Shown here in pieces: positions 19,035 to 28,897 of a stretch of DNA of 52,400 bases. The translations under genes were made by a program, and so were the position numbers. The notes beneath the pieces are model-generated. The model saw only the letters and a program-made list of their open reading frames with translations, was not told the origin of the DNA and ran no database searches. This DNA is from a virus (taxonomy: Duplodnaviria > Caudoviricetes), in the IMG/VR virus record IMGVR_UViG_3300036389_000002, positions 1-52,400 of that record; one strand, written 5' to 3'. Positions within the stretch are counted from its first letter, which is position 1. Each line of letters begins with the position of its first letter.

Positions 19035-19450
19035 GTCGAGAATACTACATTTTAACTTGTATACATGTTGATACTTTTATATGTATACACGTTAGAGTGT
19101 GTACTTGTAGATTATATGCCAGCCGTGAGATAAATGGCTCTATTAAGAGTGGACAATACGTCAGAGAAATCTTTCTTCAGCGATTTCTAGTTTTACAAGC
19201 GCTAACCTCACTTTTTGTAAGCATTGCGAGAGCTTTGGGTACACTTGTAGCACACCAGCAATAATCATGTCAGCGACTTCGTGAGCTTCTTTTGGAGAGG
19301 GCACTAAGCTTCTTACAATAGAGATGGCTGATAGGCGCACCCGTGTTAGGCACCATTGGCTTGAACTGTATACATTTGTAAGCAGTGTATACAGAAAGCA
19401 TTACACGAAATGGCTCAAAAGTGGAATGCTGAAGGTCTTTAGGCATGGGG

Positions 19451-20413
19451 TTAGCTTACCCAAGTAGGTCGTACCCAAATTTCCTGCTTATCTGCTTCTC
19501 GCCATGAAAGAACGCGATAATGACCGCGCCGAAAATGACCCACAGGGCTATTATGAGTACCACCTTGGGGAGATTGGCGTTGATGCTTATATTCTTTGCC
19601 AACCCAGATAAAATTGCGTTCTGCTTTTGGGTCAGGTCTGCGTTGATGTTTGCTGATCTTTGTGATCGCATTAACTGATTCCGGTTTCCTAGAAATCATG
19701 TACAACAAAATCTGAAACACCAGCCCACTAACCTGATTGATAAAAAGCGCTTCTGTTTGCGCATTGCCGTTGACATAATAGTTAAAACCAGCAATAGGAT
19801 GCTCATTTTCTGGGCTAGGCAATTCTGTCGTGCTAGAGTAAATGTAATTAAGATCTAGCGACGTTACCCATCGAAGTCTGAAAGAATCTATCCCTTTTCT
19901 GTTAACGATGTTGTGCTTTATATTGAACCCGCATTTAGCGCCTACGTATTTAAGATAGGCGTTATCTCTTTTCTCCTCATGAAATGGTTCAAGGAAATTA
20001 ATTAAAAGCCAATTAAGACTATACCCATCTGGACTTATCAGAGTATTCTGCGGTAACATGATCAATGCTCTGTCAAATGGCATTCTTAAACCCCACAATT
20101 GGCTTGGAGGTTGAGAGTTGATAAATCCCTCCATCAACTCTTTTGTGAGCGCGTAAACAGGGAAATTTGGTGATAGTGTCGCTTGCCAAAAAGCATAGGT
20201 GCAAGCTCCCCAAGTAGGGTCTAATGTTTTGTTTAGTTGCACAGCTTGCGGGATGGTGATTAATTGAGTTGCGATCTCTGTTGCAACTTCCTTATATTTT
20301 GAATAACCCGCGTGATCGCAGAATGCTCTTGAGGTTAATTTCTTGTACTCAGGAGACTTTTTGCATTCTTTAATAATCCAATCTTTTATTTTGTTAGCTT
20401 CTTCTACTTTCAT
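19451..20413 (-). CDS. Phage hypothetical protein
   Basis: C-terminal SP.GHFRRGHYR...WVRPTWV motif typical of phage proteins. Confidence 0.7.
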   Translation of the reverse strand: MKVEEANKIKDWIIKECKKSPEYKKLTSRAFCDHAGYSKYKEVATEIATQLITIPQAVQLNKTLDPTWGACTYAFWQATLSPNFPVYALTKELMEGFINSQPPSQLWGLRMPFDRALIMLPQNTLISPDGYSLNWLLINFLEPFHEEKRDNAYLKYVGAKCGFNIKHNIVNRKGIDSFRLRWVTSLDLNYIYSSTTELPSPENEHPIAGFNYYVNGNAQTEALFINQVSGLVFQILLYMISRKPESVNAITKISKHQRRPDPKAERNFIWVGKEYKHQRQSPQGGTHNSPVGHFRRGHYRVLSWREADKQEIWVRPTWVS

Positions 20414-20414
20414 T

Positions 20415-20855
20415 CTACTTTGGAGAGGAAGAGGATTTTCGCTGAGGTTTAGATGACTTTTTGGGTTTAACTTTCTGCTTCAATTTGCGCGTTTTGGCTG
20501 CATTCTTCGCATGATGATGAGCATCATAGCGTAGATGGCAAGGAGCACATAAACAACGAAGATTGCTCGGGTGACAGTTTAAAGGAGTGTGATCGCTATG
20601 AGAAACAGTCGCTACAAATCGCACAGGTTTCTCGCAGCATTCCAAATATAACTTTTTTGATTTGCGAGCTAGCCGATACTTAAAATCATCCCAGGTTTCG
20701 CTAGGGCGACGGCAAGGGCGATTACACTCCTCGCAAGTCCAATTAGCTTTATCTTTAATTGCGACAGCAATCTGCTTCCAATCCTTCGGGTATAGTTTTT
20801 TGTTTTTGGCACTAATGGGCATTTTATTTAACCTTGCTCCATAAAAACCCCACAT
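20415..20855 (-). CDS. HNH endonuclease
   Basis: YPKDW, CEEC, H.DH...N..CLC..CHLRYD. Confidence 0.85.
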   Translation of the reverse strand: MWGFYGARLNKMPISAKNKKLYPKDWKQIAVAIKDKANWTCEECNRPCRRPSETWDDFKYRLARKSKKLYLECCEKPVRFVATVSHSDHTPLNCHPSNLRCLCAPCHLRYDAHHHAKNAAKTRKLKQKVKPKKSSKPQRKSSSSPK

Positions 20856-21081
20856 AAGCGTTTAAAGCTGAATAACCAGGGTTTATGCCCTTTTGGAATG
20901 GGTCATAAAGTCCTGGTGTTATCAACCGTTTGCATTCAGCCTCTGGAGTCCCTACGTAAATATAAAATCTTCCTTTTTTATCTACTTCGCAATTATGTGG
21001 TTCCAGTTGACTCCATGCTTTTAGCAGTTGATTCCGTTTATTTGCTTTGCATAGATGCGTTTCCTGAAGTTGAGAGATCAT
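20824..21081 (-). CDS. Hypothetical protein
   Basis: ORF in leftward operon. Confidence 0.5.
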   Translation of the reverse strand: MISQLQETHLCKANKRNQLLKAWSQLEPHNCEVDKKGRFYIYVGTPEAECKRLITPGLYDPFQKGINPGYSALNAYVGFLWSKVK

Positions 21082-21121
21082 GGTACTCCTAGGGACTGGG
21101 CTTTCCCAGCCTATTTGTTTA

Positions 21122-21832
21122 CTACGCTAACTTAACAATCAACCTAGAAACTTTGACCATTTCCGCAAAGCTATGGCACCTCGCTTGAATTTTTATTAAG
21201 TAATGACGCTTAAGGAAACTTCGCGCTAATGTGCGGAAAACACAAGGTATGAAAAAATCTCGAATTGTAAAAGCTTCAGCAAAATTTCTGCCCATTAAGG
21301 CAGATGCGTTCGCGTAGCGGCTCCTTTGGAGCATCGCTTTTACCGCTATTTTAACCTCAGCCCAAGTATGAGCAAACTTTACGGTTGGACTTACTTCCAA
21401 GCTGCCAACCTCTCCTTCCTTATCTTCCTCGCACTCCTCTTGGCTATTGTCGTGATAGGGTTCGTTAGCGCACCCCTGGCTATACTCGTAGGCTACTAAG
21501 GCAGCGATCGCCTTATCCCTATCGAACACCCAGCCATCTTTCGTCTCAAACAGCGCGTCCCGGTCAATGCCAGCAACACCCAGATAACCCCAGAGTCCTT
21601 GCCTGTCCCAGCCATCAAAACGCGTCGGCTCAGCTTCTGGTTGCACTTGCGGCTGCTCAGTTTCTTGTTTATCCTCCTGTACAATACTTGGCAACCCTAA
21701 TGCCCACTCTTTAAGCTCTGTAAGGTTTTTGAAGCGATGCCCTTGGCTTTTATATCCGGAACTTGTCTTCTCTACCAAGTAACCTTTGCTGGTTAATATT
21801 TCTTCTACTTCTGCAAACTTCAAGCGTGTCAT
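21122..21832 (-). CDS. Hypothetical early protein
   Basis: Strong SD AAGGAGA; upstream TTGACT and operator-like site. Confidence 0.7.
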   Translation of the reverse strand: MTRLKFAEVEEILTSKGYLVEKTSSGYKSQGHRFKNLTELKEWALGLPSIVQEDKQETEQPQVQPEAEPTRFDGWDRQGLWGYLGVAGIDRDALFETKDGWVFDRDKAIAALVAYEYSQGCANEPYHDNSQEECEEDKEGEVGSLEVSPTVKFAHTWAEVKIAVKAMLQRSRYANASALMGRNFAEAFTIRDFFIPCVFRTLARSFLKRHYLIKIQARCHSFAEMVKVSRLIVKLA

Positions 21833-21916
21833 CTGTTTCTCCTTGCCTCTATGCCAATAATGTCATATAGTAAATCAAAAGTCAAGTTGGTTATCGTAAC
21901 TTTACGATAACGAGAA

Positions 21917-22141
21917 CTAAGCTGCAATAGCGGTCGCAGCTTGGCGCAAGAAAGGAACCAATACCCCAGTTTCCATTGCTGCTATGCGATCTATTAGCAA
22001 AAGCCAACCACGCTTGGATCTTAAGTCTAATCCTACGGTAAGCCCACGCTTCTTAAAGTGCTGTGTCTGTGTGCAAAACATACCCATTTTTTGGGCTAAC
22101 TTAAAAGCTGCGTTTTTGATTTCCTGTAATTTGCGCTCCAT
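21917..22141 (-). CDS. Small early protein
   Basis: MERKLQEIK..., SD GGAG, repeated promoter cassette upstream. Confidence 0.65.
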   Translation of the reverse strand: MERKLQEIKNAAFKLAQKMGMFCTQTQHFKKRGLTVGLDLRSKRGWLLLIDRIAAMETGVLVPFLRQAATAIAA

Positions 22142-22315
22142 CTTTTTGCTCTCCGTGTCTTTATATTTAAAATATGATTTATTGGGCATACTATAGCAAG
22201 TAGGGTTGTGCCAGTTGTTTTCGGTGATATTCTGGTTATGGTAAAGTTACGATAACCAGGGAACTGGGGATCTTGTTTGCGTAGCGTGCCCATAGGGCGA
22301 TCTCCAGGTCATTAT

Positions 22316-22619
22316 CTATGACCAATATCTCACATATACTCTTGTGATTTCGCCTTGGTAGCCGCCTTTTAAGCTGCATCGTTCGCCGTTCTTAAGAAAT
22401 TCTTCCCAGCATTGTTCCCCGCTTTGTATAGATTTTTCTGCATCTTGTAAGTCAGTTCTTACATTTAATTCGTATGATCTTAAAACTTGTAGCATTTTAA
22501 TGTTTGTTACTTGACGTTTTCCTTTAGCGCTTAAGGTAGCCCATAATTTAGGGTGTTTACGATTTAGGGCTTCGATAACTTTTACTGGGTTAAATTCAAT
22601 TCTGTAAGCGTTTGACATT
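22316..22619 (-). CDS. Small early protein
   Basis: MSNAYRIEF..., SD AAGGAG, repeated cassette upstream. Confidence 0.65.
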
Positions 22620-22760
22620 TCGTTCTCCTTGGTGTTTCTTATCTTTATACTTATAGTATGATTTATTGGGCATATAAAAATCATGTAGATTGTGCCACTT
22701 TAGAAAAGTGGTATTGGTTATGGTAACGTTACGGTAACCGGGATCAAGGGTGCGTTTCCG

Positions 22761-23006
22761 TCAATCCTCTACAACCATAAGGATTCCAGTATTTACAAGA
22801 GATTCTAGAAACTTTTTGCAGCTTTGGGTAGAAATTGATTGGGCTACGTTTTCTCCATATGCGATCGCTGTCCGGTCACGAAAGTTCCGCATATAAGTTT
22901 TAAGATCGCATTCTTCCCATTGACCCTTGAGGCTGGTAATAACCTCAACTGGGGATCGTCCTTCTATAACACGATGATCGGGATCATCTTTAACTTGGTA
23001 CCTCAT
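22761..23006 (-). CDS. Hypothetical protein downstream of amidoligase
   Basis: MRYQVKDD... coupled to amidoligase stop. Confidence 0.55.
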   Translation of the reverse strand: MRYQVKDDPDHRVIEGRSPVEVITSLKGQWEECDLKTYMRNFRDRTAIAYGENVAQSISTQSCKKFLESLVNTGILMVVED

Positions 23007-23938
23007 TATGCAACTCCTACCAAATCGTTGGTTCCTAATGTAATTGTACGTTGGCTGTAGTAAGAGCGTAAATCTACGGTAGATGCGGAGGTTAATACGG
23101 CATTGAAGATTTTCAACCAACCTTCTTTGCCTCGTAGATCAGCGTTGATCCCGTTTGCTTTTGCCCATGCCTTAACACTTTTGCTGTCAGCGAGTCCCAA
23201 ACCTCGGTAAACTTCTTTTTTGATGTCGGTTAATTTTGTGGGTGCTGCAACTGGCTGGTTTGCGGGGATCAAAGCTTCAAAGCGAGCGCGGAGGGTATCA
23301 CAGTTAGCTGCGATCTCAGCATCTATTGAGCGAATTACAAAGCTTTGGATGAGTCGTACCCAGTTAGAAATTTTTTGCCCGTCTACGCTTCCGCTGTGTT
23401 GACGAAACTCGATTGTGCCGTGGCGTAAGTAAGATGCGATGTTCACTTTGTAATATCGGCTGTTGTTAAACACTTCTTCTAATATTTCTTGTACAGATGT
23501 GCATCTGCGTAATTTGGGTTGATTGATTCTGGCAATGCTTTGACAGTAGTAATTGTTATCGCCTCTACGGCTACCAGGCATAATCAGGTCAAATACCGCT
23601 TCGTTCTCGGCGTAGTTGATGATTACTGATTTGATTTGGTTAAGTGTTAGACCTGCGGCATCTATGTGTACATGTACGCCACATTTTTTGTTAACCTTGC
23701 CTACTTGGTCTAGTACATTGCAAGCTGTGATGATTTCAGCGATCCCCTCTTCACCTAACAGTGGAGGGGAAACCAACTCATACCCGCAGGAAGAATCAGT
23801 AATAACTTTCCAATATCCGCGCAAGCTGTGGTTGTAGCCTTCAGCTACTGCGTTGATTCCTGCTTGGCGCAACTTGTCGGCGATCTCATCTAACCCTAAA
23901 TCACTTACAAATTCAATTTCTACTCCGTAACGTCTCAT
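23006..23938 (-). CDS. Putative amidoligase (COOH-NH2 ligase, Amidoligase_2)
   Basis: GVEIE, DSS..ELVSP, CGVHVH, TIEFRQHSG. Confidence 0.88.
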   Translation of the reverse strand: MRRYGVEIEFVSDLGLDEIADKLRQAGINAVAEGYNHSLRGYWKVITDSSCGYELVSPPLLGEEGIAEIITACNVLDQVGKVNKKCGVHVHIDAAGLTLNQIKSVIINYAENEAVFDLIMPGSRRGDNNYYCQSIARINQPKLRRCTSVQEILEEVFNNSRYYKVNIASYLRHGTIEFRQHSGSVDGQKISNWVRLIQSFVIRSIDAEIAANCDTLRARFEALIPANQPVAAPTKLTDIKKEVYRGLGLADSKSVKAWAKANGINADLRGKEGWLKIFNAVLTSASTVDLRSYYSQRTITLGTNDLVGVA

Positions 23939-24119
23939 TTGCCTTTCTCCTTGGTGGTTGTTTTCTATATTGATAGTATGCCCAATTAATCACATAATTA
24001 CTGTAATCCTTGTGCCACAACCGAAGCAGGCACAACGGCTGGTTATAGTAACGTTACGGCAACCAAGAAAAAAAGAGAATATGCATCCTCTTTGCACAAT
24101 TTTTCATATTAGCATTAGC

Positions 24120-24404
24120 TTATCGCACAACGGAGGGGATCACTTTACCTAGTTCGCTGTGTATAACTTTAATGGTTTCAGGAATTTCTTGTACTGGGGT
24201 ATTAGTGAGCGCAATCACTGATTTGCAAAGCGCTTCAAGCCCCTGGTTTTGTGTTGCTTTGACTGTTATTTGCCAATTATAAGCCCAGTCTATTGCTAGG
24301 CGAATATGCAACTGAAAGTAGTTTAGTCCGTCTGCGCCAACATGGGTTAGTGCGGCGATCGCTTCTCCTAGGTGTTCGTGAACTCTCAAAAGATTATTGT
24401 CCAT
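24120..24404 (-). CDS. Hypothetical protein
   Basis: Coupled ORF. Confidence 0.55.
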   Translation of the reverse strand: MDNNLLRVHEHLGEAIAALTHVGADGLNYFQLHIRLAIDWAYNWQITVKATQNQGLEALCKSVIALTNTPVQEIPETIKVIHSELGKVIPSVVR

Positions 24405-25047
24405 CGTTTTTTAATTCCTCGATAGGTTGCATTTCCTGTGTTTGGTGAACTATTGCAGATGAAATAACTGCGGAAGCGCTCAGTAACGCCAATAAGACCA
24501 AGATAATAAATCCTACTGTACTTTTATTAGGGAAGTTTGCTTTTTTGTTGGTTTTGAGACTATCCCCAATAAATTGATAGGCGAGATGAACCATCGGCAT
24601 TTCCCAACGCCAAAAAACGAACCATTCTCCGTGCACTCGATTCCCTTTGAAACGATTATGGAGTTTGCTTTCAATAGCCGCCATGTCGTCAACTGCAATA
24701 TATCTAATGCAATCAATTGGACATGGGGCTTGCTGTCCATTTAACTCGATGTGGCGGCGCTTAGGGTTATTAGACTTACCGATCTTGTATCGGCACACAA
24801 TAGGAGAAAAAATTCCATAGAAGCCAATTGCTTTCATCAAGTACACATGCCCATCCTTGGCAGCTACTTCCGCAGGATATCCGTAACGCTCCGTATAAGT
24901 TTCTAGTAATTCAGCAGCCAGTTCGCTGTCATCATTTGCTAATCTGTCAATCTCAAAAGAAACACTGGTAGATGTATTCCTTTTTGTCTTCAAGTAGATA
25001 TTGTGGAGTTGCTTATCGTAACTTTTGGTGTTGTCAAAAATATACAT
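24394..25047 (-). CDS. GIY-YIG (T5orf172/MUG113-like) protein with C-terminal TM helix
   Basis: GHVYLM, YKIGKS.NP.RR, E..LH..F...R.HGEWF; hydrophobic FIILVLLALL. Confidence 0.85.
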   Translation of the reverse strand: MYIFDNTKSYDKQLHNIYLKTKRNTSTSVSFEIDRLANDDSELAAELLETYTERYGYPAEVAAKDGHVYLMKAIGFYGIFSPIVCRYKIGKSNNPKRRHIELNGQQAPCPIDCIRYIAVDDMAAIESKLHNRFKGNRVHGEWFVFWRWEMPMVHLAYQFIGDSLKTNKKANFPNKSTVGFIILVLLALLSASAVISSAIVHQTQEMQPIEELKNDGQ

Positions 25048-25167
25048 TGTTTCCTCTAAGTATTTATTCTTTGTGCCCGTTACCGTAACGTTACGGTAAC
25101 GAGTGAACAGTTAGGCGGATGTACACAGAGTGTTTAAGCATGTGTCTAGGATTTACGCGCTAATCTT

Positions 25168-25578
25168 TTAATAAATACTGTCTTGAGCGCTTTGAAAGTC
25201 TAAGAAAGCTTGTTCGATGTCAACTGGGAGTTCGGAGCGTTTTTGAGTGGCGGCGATCGCCTCATCTAACAGTTGATTGTTAGATTCTTCGACTTGCTTT
25301 TGTGCTTTGAGTTCCCGAATCTGTTCTTTAAGGTTCTCAATGGTTGCGCTCATCTCTCGGTTTTCATGCTCTAACTTTTCAACATTATTCTTGTTAAAGC
25401 GACTGCTAACGCCTGCGTGAACGATAGCATATTCCAAGGCAGCTTTTTGAGAACCAAATTGACGAGTTAATTGGTCAAGCTTGGGTTTAAAGCTAGGGTC
25501 AATGCGAACAGTAACTTTAAAGTAATTGTCTTCATAAACCTTGCGGCATTTTTGTGTGGAGGTCATTACTTCTTGCAT
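25168..25578 (-). CDS. RHH-like DNA-binding / coiled-coil protein
   Basis: KVTVRID...LDQL...ALEYAI. Confidence 0.5.
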   Translation of the reverse strand: MQEVMTSTQKCRKVYEDNYFKVTVRIDPSFKPKLDQLTRQFGSQKAALEYAIVHAGVSSRFNKNNVEKLEHENREMSATIENLKEQIRELKAQKQVEESNNQLLDEAIAATQKRSELPVDIEQAFLDFQSAQDSIY

Positions 25579-25799
25579 GATTTCCTGTTAGTAATTAACG
25601 AGTTTGTAGGATGGGTTTTGAGGGATGCATGGTTCGCGCTTTTGCTTATTCTTGTTGCGTGAATCGTTGCGTGAGAGGTGCGAGGGGTGGCGCGATTTGA
25701 ACGGAAGAATCAAGGTTTGAGGTTTGCACAAGGTGGTTCACACAAACCACTTTTATCGCGGCGATAAAAAAATCTGCCTTGTGCGAATCTTGCGGATTT

Positions 25800-27605
25800 T
25801 CAATTCATCGTGAGATTTCCTTCAGAATTAATAATAATTAGATTTGCCTCTTTCAACTCTTGGATTGCATCGTTTCTATCAGCACCATAAACATGAGCTA
25901 TTCTTGCAACTGCCCAAGGTTTTAACGGTTCACCTCCCATCTTTCGGCTCATCTTATCAATTGCTTCCATCATCTTGATTGCGTTATCAGATAAATCTAA
26001 ATCATCAAGGACATTATTGCTTCCCTTGTTAGTTTCAGGCGCTTTTGTTAGTTCTTGCGCTATTGATTGTGCAAGCTCATTTACCTGCTTATTAAACGAA
26101 GATCCACGTGTTTTTCCTACTTCTCTAACTGTCTTATTAGAAAGGTCAGGAACAATGCCAATACTGGGAACAGACCCAACAGTTGTGAAAATAATAGGGG
26201 AAGTTACGCTGTTATCGCCGATCGCATTGGTTAAAAGTAAGTAAGCTGCCATGATACCTGGTCTGTCCTCCTTACTTACGAGGCTGTTGTTACCAATGAC
26301 CTGCAACATTGTGCGTACTTCACCTTTTTCTCTACCTCCTACTGTACGGACAAACCCTTGTGAGTAAATATCAAGACTTTCACGGATACTGGCGTCTTCT
26401 GCCAGTCCTAAGCTAGCGAGCGCAGCCGATTGGCTATCTACAATTAATGCAACTCCAGAGTCTCGTCCAACGGTGATAATCTGTCGGATCATGCTCATCA
26501 CGTGACCAAAATCCTTCTTGTTTAACCGTTTCAACTCTTGGAAAGTAGCAAACCAATCTCCGAGGACTAGGCGGATAGGGGAGGTTTCTTTAAGGCGATC
26601 GCGTTCCTCGGGAGGCAGTTCTTTTCTGTGGGCAAATTCCCGGTAAACCTGAAACAGCGGTCTGAGAATGTGCTCTAAAACAATACCTGGTTCTTCTTCT
26701 TCGTCAGAATCACCTTGATTAAGGTAGTCGGTCAGAAGAAGATTATTGAACACCTGTCTATTTTCTTCTTTAACCCCAGTAAGCTGGTCATTTTTTTGGA
26801 GTAAAGCATAGAAGGTGGTGTTTGGGTAATTATTCATTAGCCCTTCTAAAAGGTCTAACTCGGTCGTTGTTTTACCTGTTCCGGTTCCACTTGCGATCAA
26901 CAGAGATTTTTCAGTGATTCGCATCCCGTTAAGGATGTTTCTCCCTATATCTCGAAAATTAACCCATTTATCTTGACCTTCTACTGGGTTATTCACCATC
27001 TCAATTGCTTTATTAACTGCAATGTTTCTGGCTTTCATCCCTTCATCCACGTTTGCAGATTTAGCTGTCACTTTAAATTTAGAAGCTGCAAGCGCTTCCA
27101 GGTCTTCTTCTCTTCCTGCCTGTTCTTTCCTTTTCGCGCTCATAAGTAACGCTATTGCTTGCTGTGCCGCAGGAGTTAATTGTTTTGATGGCGGTGCTTC
27201 TATTTGCTTTTCTGCGGGTATGTACTCAATAATCTGCGCATTCATGCGCTCGTCTTCAATAATGCTTTTAGCTTCTTTTTTCTTGCGCCGAATTGAAGCA
27301 GTACTTAAATGCTTATGATCCAGTAAGCCTGAGTACCCAGCTAAAGACAAGCCTAGTACTGCTGACATTATCCTAATAGACCTATTGAGTACAGCATTAG
27401 GGTATAAGCGCACCTCCTCTGTTTCGCTTAGCGAAGTTTTATCAAAAGGACTGCGGATTGAGCCATCCCAGCGCAGTGCGCTAGGAGGAAAAAACAGTAA
27501 ACCTAAGCTAATAATCGTTGCAGCCGTTGTTTTGACGTGAACATATTCTTCGTCCGCATCTGTTTGAAAAATATCCAATGAATTTAGAAACTTATCGACA
27601 CTCAT
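25800..27605 (-). CDS. Membrane-anchored FtsK/HerA-superfamily ATPase (TraB-like)
   Basis: N-terminal hydrophobic segments, SGTGTGKTT, LVLGDW, GRDSGVALIVDSQ, possible C-terminal wHTH. Confidence 0.7.
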   Translation of the reverse strand: MSVDKFLNSLDIFQTDADEEYVHVKTTAATIISLGLLFFPPSALRWDGSIRSPFDKTSLSETEEVRLYPNAVLNRSIRIMSAVLGLSLAGYSGLLDHKHLSTASIRRKKKEAKSIIEDERMNAQIIEYIPAEKQIEAPPSKQLTPAAQQAIALLMSAKRKEQAGREEDLEALAASKFKVTAKSANVDEGMKARNIAVNKAIEMVNNPVEGQDKWVNFRDIGRNILNGMRITEKSLLIASGTGTGKTTTELDLLEGLMNNYPNTTFYALLQKNDQLTGVKEENRQVFNNLLLTDYLNQGDSDEEEEPGIVLEHILRPLFQVYREFAHRKELPPEERDRLKETSPIRLVLGDWFATFQELKRLNKKDFGHVMSMIRQIITVGRDSGVALIVDSQSAALASLGLAEDASIRESLDIYSQGFVRTVGGREKGEVRTMLQVIGNNSLVSKEDRPGIMAAYLLLTNAIGDNSVTSPIIFTTVGSVPSIGIVPDLSNKTVREVGKTRGSSFNKQVNELAQSIAQELTKAPETNKGSNNVLDDLDLSDNAIKMMEAIDKMSRKMGGEPLKPWAVARIAHVYGADRNDAIQELKEANLIIINSEGNLTMN

Positions 27606-27613
27606 TGCACACC

Positions 27614-27856
27614 TCACAAAAACAGCAACAGAGCTGCTACGATTTGAGTTGCAATACCCAGTATCACTTCTTCGCGTAGTTCTGGATAACACAAGAACAA
27701 GTAGATACCAAAAGCATTAATTGCAAGCAGTGCAATCCCAACTCCTGTAACTAAGGCAGTAATCGTTTTTGCTATATACCCTAGTAATAAGAAACAAAAA
27801 GTCCCTACTGCCATCCAGCTAATCAATCTGCGTGAACGTTGTAACAAATCATCCAT
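27614..27856 (-). CDS. Small multi-pass membrane protein
   Basis: Three hydrophobic stretches. Confidence 0.7.
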   Translation of the reverse strand: MDDLLQRSRRLISWMAVGTFCFLLLGYIAKTITALVTGVGIALLAINAFGIYLFLCYPELREEVILGIATQIVAALLLFL

Positions 27857-27905
27857 TTTTTCTCCTTGTTATAGCCAGGATGTTACCCTGGCTATAGATT
27901 TTGTT

Positions 27906-28385
27906 TTAAGTGGTGCTTTCACCTTTACCCGCCTTAGCTAGGCGTTCAGTAAAGGTTTTCACCTTTTCTTCTTTTTTCTTTTCCACTGTGCCTTCAATAG
28001 CACCCAACATTCCTGGAAGTGCTCCCAGCATTGCGGCTAATTCTGAGTCAGATTTCGCCTGCTTGAGCACTGTTTTAGCAAAGTAACTAATTAGCTCATT
28101 TTGGCTTTTGCTTAGCTCTAAAGCTAAATCAGCAGCCGTTTGTTGCATCTTGTATTTTTGCTGAGTCCACTGGACAACCTTGCGGAACTCCCCAAGCGAT
28201 GTTCTGAACTTTTCTAAGTCTTCTTTGCTTTTACAAAGCCCTACATTTAGCAGTTCTTTGGGCATGAAACGCGGAATATGCGTTCCTGCAACAAAGCTGT
28301 CTACTGAATCAAATTCTTTGGCACTGGCGGTCGCTGTACTTGCACCCGCTTTTTTGGCAGTGCCGTTAGTTCCTAATGCTCCCAT
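27906..28385 (-). CDS. Coiled-coil hypothetical protein
   Basis: Coupled ORF. Confidence 0.65.
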   Translation of the reverse strand: MGALGTNGTAKKAGASTATASAKEFDSVDSFVAGTHIPRFMPKELLNVGLCKSKEDLEKFRTSLGEFRKVVQWTQQKYKMQQTAADLALELSKSQNELISYFAKTVLKQAKSDSELAAMLGALPGMLGAIEGTVEKKKEEKVKTFTERLAKAGKGESTT

Positions 28386-28648
28386 TAGACTATCCTGAAT
28401 AAATCATCAACATAAATTTCAAAATCGTCATCATTTACAATTCCATCTATTTCTACGTCACCACCTCCTACAAATAAATTGTCTATAAACTGATCTTCTT
28501 CACCGTACAAATCGGTATTTACGTCGCCTACAGCGTAGTTAATTTCTTCGTTTTCTAGATACTGTTCAAAAGCATTCAGTTGAGTTGTTATTCCCTCAAG
28601 AAGTTCTGCGGTAGTTAATTCTTGAAACACGGTCTTTTTTGCCACCAT
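28385..28648 (-). CDS. Very acidic small protein
   Basis: D/E-rich, 87 aa. Confidence 0.6.
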   Translation of the reverse strand: MVAKKTVFQELTTAELLEGITTQLNAFEQYLENEEINYAVGDVNTDLYGEEDQFIDNLFVGGGDVEIDGIVNDDDFEIYVDDLFRIV

Positions 28649-28651
28649 ACC

Positions 28652-28897
28652 TTAGTCCAGTAATTTAAATAGATTGTCAATCACCTGCTCAAACCCATAC
28701 TCATCTGTCCCAAGGGCATCGTAAATACTTTGTACTTTTGGAGAAAAGGGGACAGGTACATACGGTTTAAGCGATATATCCCTACGTGTTCCGCAGTGAT
28801 AGCATGTTCCTGTGCTGTCTCTTGCTTGTAACCCATCTCCACTATGAAAGCAGTGGTAGGTCATTTTTCTGCAACTATTGCACCAATAATGTCTCAT
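28652..28897 (-). CDS. Zinc-ribbon small protein
   Basis: CNSC...CYHC. Confidence 0.6.
   Translation of the reverse strand: MRHYWCNSCRKMTYHCFHSGDGLQARDSTGTCYHCGTRRDISLKPYVPVPFSPKVQSIYDALGTDEYGFEQVIDNLFKLLD

Larger units (their letters stand above)
15050..19450. mobile_element. Plasmid-like insert (TA, tyrosine recombinase, ParA/RHH); boundaries approximate
   Basis: Non-phage gene content, no 22-bp palindromes, apparently truncated ORFs at both ends. Confidence 0.65.
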
